Assembly (NCBI GenBank): GCA_030141605.1
Contig: JAQGDQ010000511.1
Coordinates: 61,102 to 125,101 of the forward strand
DNA: 64,000 nt
Direction of reading: 5' to 3'
Origin: Tubiluchus corallicola
Lineage: Eukaryota; Animalia; Priapulida
Shown: positions 56,538 through 64,000 of the stretch, one piece after another
Position numbering within the stretch: the first letter of the stretch is position 1
Layout of the letters: each line of letters begins with the position of its first letter
Position numbers and translations under genes: made by a program
Notes under the pieces: generated by a model
What the model saw: the letters and a program-made list of their open reading frames with translations, nothing else
What the model was told of the DNA's origin: nothing
Database searches by the model: none

Positions 56538-57361
56538 GTTTGTAAATTTCCTGCCTCGTCTCATTTACCACGCGATGATACTCCTCTTTATATTTCATTG
56601 AGCTTCATTTTGTTTATCTGTTTGTTTGTTTGTTTGCCTGCTTGTTTGTCTTGTTTGCCTTAGATAATGTGAACCAGACTTACGAATGCTAGGCTTAACG
56701 TCTGCCGTACTTGACATTAGTACGCTAAAGGGTCAAAGGTTATTGGTCAGAAAGTCGGAAACGTCTGGTAGGAGGGGTCAGTGCACTTTAATGTTATTGT
56801 AAATTGATCCGACGACTAATTTTTACATAAACACAGTTAAATACAAAAATTTAGTCAGGCAGAGTAACGGAATTCCTGAGTGAACTGCAAAAATTTTGTT
56901 ATGCGTGCCTTCATGCTGTCCACCAGTTGACGTCACTTCTTTCAGTTATGCCTGCAATGAGGTTCGTTTGGCGGGAGATACGAGTGATTTAAATTTCATT
57001 TACATTTATAAAGGTTAGCATTTTATGCTCGCATATTACGTGGTAATTTCAATATTTCTAAGTATATATTAAAATACAGTGAATGTTTTTTATTACAGGC
57101 ACTTAGAAACATTTATAGTTAAAACATCACGACTTTATTAAAACTTTTTAATTTACATAGTTAAAAATCATGTCAAACGTTTCGACAGAGAAACTGCTGT
57201 CGACATCAGTGGTAAATTTTTACAAACAACAACCAGTGTATATAAGCAGAGCCTACAGTATAGAACCTTATGCACTAATATGTATTTAACACAAGCAGTT
57301 AGGTAATACAAAAGAGTTCAATTTCTTTAACTTTATTTTCAAAAACTTAGCTATTTGTTGC

Positions 57362-57598
57362 CGTATCAGTTTCTTTTCTACTGGTCTGTTTAATCACTAC
57401 CTATTTGGCTTTTGTTAAATACATAATTAGTGCATAAGTTACTGTATCAATTTCTTTTCTACAGGTCTGCTTAATCACTACCTATTTGGCTTTTGGTAAA
57501 CACATAATTAGTGCATAAGTTACTGTATCAATTTCTTTTCTACAGGTCTGCTTAATCACTACCTATTTGGCTTTTGGTAAACACATAATTAGTGCATC
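57362..57598. repeat. ~79-bp tandem repeat x3
   Basis: TTTCTTTTCTAC.GGTCTG.TTAATCACTACCTATTTGGCTTTTG recurs three times. Confidence 0.85.
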
Positions 57599-57860
57599 AG
57601 TTTTAACTATACGTTGTTTCCAGTGTTGGTTTTTCCTTAAGCAGGGCCGTTTCAACATCAGCATTTCAAAATAAATGTTTGCACTTGGCACAGCAATCTC
57701 TGATTAGTATATTTATAGTCTCATTGCGTACATTTGTTCTTGATCTACCCTCTTTAAAATAAGTATCAGAAATCCTAAACTTGTCAAATTGCACTGCTCT
57801 CCAATGGGTTTCAGGGAACAATCCACCAGTAAACTTTGCGTTGTAAAAATCTCTCGTAGT

Positions 57861-58324
57861 CACGACTGGATTAGCCTATAGGCAGGTATTATCTGCAGCC
57901 TAGAGCCCCTCAAGCTTGGGGAGGCCGTACTTTACACTGCTGACTTTAAAAAACGAAGCCAGGAAATCTGAAAATCAAACTTTAAAGTGGCTGCGATAAA
58001 GTTTGAGACCTTTTATTTGAGATAAAGGGTCTGTTTGAGACCTTTTATTTGAGATAAAGGATCTGTTTGAGACCTTTTATTTGAGATAAAGGATCTGTTT
58101 GAGACCTTTTATTTGAGATAAAGGACCCTTGTTTGTGATCCTTATTTTAGACAAGGCCCCCTCTTTGAAATCCTTTATTTGGGGCCCGAGCTATACAAAT
58201 GTTGCTAAAATATGTCTTAAGTTACAAATTTTCGAGACGAGTAGATTAGAGCTGGTGCCTCCGTCTGAGGGGCCTCATAATTTCATTAGCCCACGGGGCC
58301 CCAGAAGGTCATAATCTGGCCCTG
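57861..58324. mobile_element. hAT-like MITE with an internal 32-bp repeat x4 (58001-58125); relative at 60878-61236
   Basis: CTCGTAGT|CACGACTGGATTA ... TAATCTGGCCCTG|CTCGTAGC (7/8 TSD). Confidence 0.65.
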
Positions 58325-59699
58325 CTCGTAGCTCGTCATACCATAGTGACCCGGTTAAATACAAAAAGAATCCTGAAAATACTGATTTTGTTTTATGCCA
58401 GAAGCAGACGAGATTAGAAAAAATAGACTTCGAATGTACAGTGACATTCAGTCATTCTGTGCATGGTGCTTCATAACTGTTCACAGACGGTTTTTAGCAA
58501 ACAGAATCTTTTCTCGCGGGAGGCAGACGGTTCAGGAAATGCATCTTTTTTGATTCTCGTAAACGCTTCGCATTGCAAAACCTGGCAAGACTATTAGTGG
58601 TTTCAATAGCATTCATGTAATAGTTCAGATCAACGTTGAATTACCTGATTCTTGTGCTTTTCAAAGTGGTTTATCTGCTGAGACGAAAACTAGTCGAACA
58701 TTTAAATTTGCTTGATGTCTAAGACCATTAGTTCCGTGAACCAGAGATGCGGTGTATCAGTTTGTCGTTTTGCCCATCGTCTGGCAACCGCAATATCCTT
58801 AGCTGTACATATCCGCATTAATAAATCCGCAGATGTACAATTCCGCATCAAAACATCCGCAGCTGTACATATCCTCATCAAAAACTCCGCAGCTGAACAT
58901 GCCCGCATCCGCAAAATGCGGATGTATGGAAATTCGAGCGTTTGAGAGATTCCAATGTATGGAACCTCCGCGTCTGTAAGATCGGCAAAAATAGATGAAA
59001 AACTGGTCATGCCATGTGTGCCGTATTGTTAAGAAACGTTTTATGTATGAAGCTAGAAGTATAATTACTAATTAATAGTCAATTACTGCTATTTACTAAT
59101 CACCTTTGAAGGCAAAGGAAATTTGCTTGTAAACCCTCAAAGACAACTTACACCACACGATGTATATCACCCTAATATACATCACCCTAATATCATACCC
59201 ATCAAACCACACCACAAACCATAATTATGGCGACAAAACATAAAAATTGTAGTGAAATTGGGTAAACGTTTTGCGCAAACAATTTAAAATTTTACCCTAC
59301 ACACGTGTCTTGCGTCTCGCGTGAAATCCAATCCGCCGTTCTATGGCAAATTCACACTCCGCAAAACCGCAAAATATATGCGGATTCCACAACCCCATGA
59401 TACTAAATCCACTACTGCGGATCCGGTAGAAGAATAATTATTGGCGCTGAAAATGGGAGCGCCCAATCATGAAATGATCGCGACTTTAAATTGATTTTAC
59501 TAATTACACGAGGGACTTATCGCTGGTTTATTACTAAATTCTCCTAACATTTTTCGCGAGCATTGAAATAAGCCTGACTTCTCAGAAAGCTTAACATTTC
59601 CTTTAATTTAGCAGAGGCTGTTGCTTTTCGTGGTATCGCCTTTGATTCGTTTGTCAGCTACACGCATTCACCTTTAAAACATGAGTACAAGCAAGTTAA

Positions 59700-60498
59700 A
59701 GCAAAACCGGACCCAATCTTAAGCTGTAGGTCAAAACAATCTACTCTTTAAAATATTGAAAGGAAACATACTATTTTTTTCAAAAATGTCTTGCATGAAA
59801 CAATTATTACCAATAATAACACAATTTCACGTTCGCCCCATTAGTTCTTCGCTGTTACAAGCATTTCGTCATTCGCTAGTTAGACGAGCACTAGCGCCTG
59901 CATTTCGAAAACGCATTGCACAAAAAAATCGACAGGTCATGCGTGAGCACAGCGGTAAATTTGAAATTTGAATTTTTATCCTAAAACTTGCCTAGTTTTA
60001 GTACAACACACTCTGAAGTAGCACTGTACTTCAATTTCCGCATTTTTCCGCATGGCTCAAGACGATACATAGACATATTAGGCACAAGGTAGTATTGTGC
60101 TGTACCAAACGGTGCTGTACCTCTCATGCAGAAGTGTTCAGTAGCGACGTCTTCAAACATTCGCTAGCTGATGCGTAAGTACAATGGTAAACTTGTATTT
60201 TGAATTTTAAACTTAAAACTCGTCGAGTTTTTGTACAACACACTAAATGTTGTTCAGTAGCACTGCACTCCAATTTTCGGTTTCGCAAACACATGCAACA
60301 CACTCATGGAATGTTTTTGCTGTTGAAAATTATGTTCGTTTGTGATGTCATCAATAGTTGGGCTCGCCCGCCGTTTATTAAGTTTTTTATGTATTATTTA
60401 ACTATCAGAAACGCTTTTACAGTATTAATTTTTTGAAATGTATACTTTTTATCGGATTGGAAAATGGGGTAGCATGTGAAATATCGTCCTATCTTCCT
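59700..60498 (+). mobile_element. Kolobok-type MITE, family B (composite)
   Basis: TTAA|AGCAAAACC ... TCTTCCT|TTAA. Confidence 0.75.
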
Positions 60499-60637
60499 TT
60501 AAGTTGAGAAATTATTTATGCCTCTGTGATTGACCCTGAAATGATCTAAATTTACGTGGGCGGCCTGGAGTCTCATCGTGAAACGTTTGTTCAGTTTACT
60601 CGGCTGATCTGCTAATTGCTTAAAACTAAATGCATGG

Positions 60638-60703
60638 CTCTCTCACTCTCTCTTTCTCTTTCTCTCCTCTCCCACTCTCTCTCTCTCTCTTCATTCTCTC
60701 TCC

Positions 60704-60734
<31 letters not shown>

Positions 60735-60746
60735 CATTCTCTCTCC

Positions 60747-60806
<60 letters not shown>

Positions 60807-60808
60807 CC
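60638..60808. repeat. (TC)n microsatellite
   Basis: Read directly. Confidence 0.97.
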
Positions 60809-61355
60809 TAATAAAATACATTCGATCTTCTCTCTCCACATTCGATCTTAAGCTTGTAATACGATTATGTCTATATACAGGGCTGGATCCCTATAGGCTG
60901 CAGCCTACGGCCCCTCAAGTTTGCAGGGCCCATACTTTGCATGGCTGAATAATTCATTTAACTTAAAATAAAATTTCAACTTTAAAAAAAGAGATCGCGA
61001 AATCTGAAAATCAAATTTTAAAGTGGCTCCTCATTTGAGATAAATTTAGACCTCAGTTTAAGGCCTTTGATTGGAGACAAACGACACTTGTTTGATGCCT
61101 TTATGTGAGTTAAGGGCCTCTTGAAGCCATTTGTTTGAATGATGGGGGCCGCAGCTATACAAATGTTGCTAAAATACATCAAATTAGAGGGTGACTCCAT
61201 CTGAGGGGGGGGGCCAAATGTGATAATCCAGCTCTGCTTGAATAAACTGTCCAAATTTAAAGTTTTCTGCTAGGAAACGCATTAATACTTTGCAATTTAT
61301 GCCCTACAGAAAAAATTAAATCACTCATTTACACCTAGTTCTTGTAAATCTCCAG

Positions 61356-61530
61356 GCAAATGGGTTTGCATGAAATGCAAGGATGACGGAATCTCTGATC
61401 CGCAAGACAGCAGCGCCACCACAGAAATGAGCGCAAGCGAGGGGGAGGAATCCCACAAATCTCTGGATGGAACACTGTGCCTCCCAACTCCCTGCGAGTC
61501 ACCAGTCAACGAACAACCTACTACCAATGC
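61356..61530 (+). CDS. SAMD1: SAMD1-like gene, coding exon 5 (175 nt): end of PHD2 and acidic linker
   Basis: tctccAG|(G)KWVCMKCKDDGISDPQDSSATTEMSASEGEESHKSLDGTLCLPTPCESPVNEQPTTN(A)|GTAAGT; phase 1 to 2. Confidence 0.9.
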
Positions 61531-61621
61531 GTAAGTTTCAACAGGGGAAGAAAAACGAATTTTAATGTTTGCATCTCAAGAAACTTTCCATAACACAAGC
61601 CCTGCATGTTGTAAGACATAA

Positions 61622-61729
61622 ATGATGATAATGAGGACGACGACGACGATGATGATGGTGACGACGACGACAACGATAATGATGATGATGACGACGACGA
61701 TGACGACGATGATGATGATGATGATGATA
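61622..61729. repeat. (GAT/GAC)n microsatellite
   Basis: Read directly. Followed by AATAAGTCTTTATTTG-type sequence, as at 55110-55146. Confidence 0.93.
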
Positions 61730-62365
61730 AGTCTTTATTTGTCTAGTATTATGCCTAGTATTTGCTTAGTATTATGCTTAGCTGCTTGAAAGTAATTGGA
61801 AAAGAACAGTCTTAGTGAATTAAAATGTTCATGCCAATTGATAAAACAGCACTACATCGCCATCCCAGTGTGCATCACTGACTCACCATCCCAGTGTGCA
61901 TCACAGACTCGCCAAAAAAACGTGTTTTTAATTTTATCGACAAATTAAAGCTATTTAAATTTTTGCTAAATTAGTCAAGTGTGTGCCACGAATGCTCTGA
62001 TTATTTTTTCAAATTTGACATAATCTTACCTAACCTTGTAGCCAATGACTTACCCTTTAAAATGGCTGTACCTAACAATCCTCGCGCGAGTTTAAATTAC
62101 AGGTTTTATAATTACAGCGCTACTGCTTTTGCGAGTCCTGTATGCAGTAAGACAGCATGTAAGCGATATAAAATTTAAACACAAATTTCTTTAAGCTTTA
62201 TTTACGAAAGCATGTTTTCTTGTGCTTTAAGATGTTTTAAAGAGTTCCTAACTTTTTAAACTAAAAATTGCACGGTTTAAATTCAACGTTGACTCTTCAT
62301 AATGTATAATAATTTGCATAATTGTGTTACCACAATATTTTAAAGCGCTAAGTTTTTTCTTGCAG

Positions 62366-62540
62366 CTGTTCATCAGAACTTGAACCAGGAAAGTTGCAGG
62401 AAGCATTCCAGAAGAGAACAGTTGTGGAGAAATCCAACAGCAACGAAATTCCAGATGCCTCGAAATGGACAATTAATGACGTCGTCAACTATTTTATATC
62501 GGTTGGTTTTGCTGAGCAGTCTCACTCATTCAGGGAACAG
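62366..62540 (+). CDS. SAMD1: SAMD1-like gene, coding exon 6 (175 nt): N-terminal half of the SAM domain; last exon(s) beyond the window
   Basis: ttttttcttgcAG|(A)CSSELEPGKLQEAFQKRTVVEKSNSNEIPDASKWTINDVVNYFISVGFAEQSHSFREQ|GTATAT. Matches the SAMD1 SAM as recalled (WTVMDVVEYFTEAGFPEQATAFQEQ); phase 2 to 0. Confidence 0.9.
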
Positions 62541-62612
62541 GTATATGGTTCATTTCGAATAGAAAATGGTTTTTTCGCCAAGCAAAGGTAGCTTGAGTAT
62601 TCATTAGTATTA

Positions 62613-62940
62613 CAGTCGACCCTCGTTAGCACGGATATCGGATAAGACGGACGTCGTCCGTGGTAAAGGAAACTTACCGATTTCCGTCCGAGCCCGAGCG
62701 CTAAACACAACACGGCCTACCAACTGTACAATAATTTCTTTATCCTCACAGGTTAACTATTTTAAAATAATATACAGTATAGAATATAGTGCACAGTATA
62801 TAGTGCAATGTAGATAGGTCTTATTAAGGTGATTATTCCTGTATAATATAGACCATATATAAGATATCGGCTAAATCGGACAATCGGCAACACCGGACCC
62901 CCCCCCCCCCCAATTATTCCGGTTTAACGAGGGTTGACTG
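62613..62940. mobile_element. Tc1/mariner-superfamily (pogo/Tigger-like) MITE
   Basis: TA|CAGTCGACCCTCGTTA ... TAACGAGGGTTGACTG|TA. Confidence 0.88.
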
Positions 62941-63209
62941 TATTTGCAGGGAGATACTGTAAGCTATTTAAATTGTTTAATGAATTATAATCAGAAATAC
63001 TCGTTTGTGAAATACTAATTTTACAGCAAATATGTAGCTTTATTACAGATTTGCTTTTTGTCAGAAGTTCATGATAATAATAGTTCCATCATTTATAAGC
63101 AGAATAAATGTTTCATCTTAGTTTAATGATCAAACTCTCTTTATCAAATATTTATTATGTCCACTATAGACATTGGGCAAACAGAATTCCTGATAAAAGA
63201 AATATGTTG

Positions 63210-63887
63210 CTGTTGGCCTTAACTCCTTGAGGACCACACAATTCAAAGAAATCTGCCCTTGCTTCTGCCCTTAACTCCTTTAGGACCACACAATTCAAAG
63301 AAATCTGCCCTTGCCGCTGCCCTTAACTCCTTGAGGACCACACCATTCAAAGAAATCTGCCCTTGCTCCTGCCCTTTACTCCTTGAGGACCGCACCATTC
63401 AAAGAAATCTGCCCTTGCTCTCCTGCCCTTAGCTCCTTGAGGACCACACAATTCAAAGAAATCTGCCCTTGCTGCTGCCCTTAACTCCTTTAGGACCACA
63501 CAATTCAAAGAAATCTGCCCTTGCTCCTGCCCTTAACTCCTTGAGGACCGCACCATTCAAAGAAATCTGCCCTTGCTGCTGCCCTTAACTCCTTGAGGAC
63601 CACACCATTCAAAGAAATCTGCCCTTGCTCCTGCCCTTAGCTCCTTGAGGACCACACCATTCAAAGAAATCTGCCCTTGCTCCTGCCCTTAACTCCTTGA
63701 GGACCACACCATTCAAAGAAATCTGCCCTTGCTCCTGCCCTTAACTCCTTGAGGACCGCACCATTCAAAGAAATCTGCCCTTGCCGCTGCCCTAAACTCC
63801 TTGAGGACCGCACAATTCAAAGAAATCTGCCGTTGCTGCTGCCCTTAACTCCTTTAGGACCACACAATTCAAAGAAATCTGCCCTTG
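63210..63887. repeat. 52-bp minisatellite, about 13 copies, intronic
   Basis: TTAACTCCTTGAGGACCACAC.ATTCAAAGAAATCTGCCCTTGC at 63219, 63271, 63323 and onward. Confidence 0.97.
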
Positions 63888-64000
63888 AGCAATACGTAAC
63901 TGAACGAAGTACAATGATTAGTTACGTATTGCTCAACAAGTAATTACTCGCTGTTGAGCACCCCACGGGTCATTTGCATCTTGTGTACATAATAATAAGT

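Noticed and set aside
62541-64000. Final SAM exon (expected EIDG..LL.. continuation)
   Set aside because: No acceptor followed by such a sequence was found. The CAG at ~62949 gives unrelated residues, so the exon lies beyond the window.

Overview
AT-rich, repeat-dense eukaryotic DNA, most likely from an invertebrate animal: GT-AG introns, CR1/L2/RTE LINE debris, many MITEs and micro/minisatellites. I found no prokaryotic features and no CRISPR array. Two divergently transcribed genes can be assembled by hand. (1) Plus strand: six coding exons (29472-30086, 45620-45764, 48155-48267, 56456-56537, 61356-61530, 62366-62540) splice in frame into 435 codons, and the gene continues past the window end. 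The protein has a SAMD1-type CpG-binding winged helix, a second WH/H15-like region, an AT-hook-like motif, a KAT6A/B-type double PHD finger, an acidic linker and the first half of a SAMD1-type SAM domain, with no MYST domain between DPF and SAM. This SAMD1/KAT6 hybrid chromatin reader is the most interesting item. (2) Minus strand: a secreted or cell-surface protein with signal peptide + somatomedin-B exon (3180-2973) and an EGF exon (1474-1358), running off the left edge. The rest is transposon-derived. It includes many TTAA-flanked Kolobok-type MITEs (two shown to be precise insertions by restoring the host LINE reading frame), hAT MITEs with 8-bp TSDs including a three-level nest, TA-flanked MITEs, and minisatellites that mostly lie inside transposons. 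Nearly all ORFs in the supplied track are repeat artefacts.
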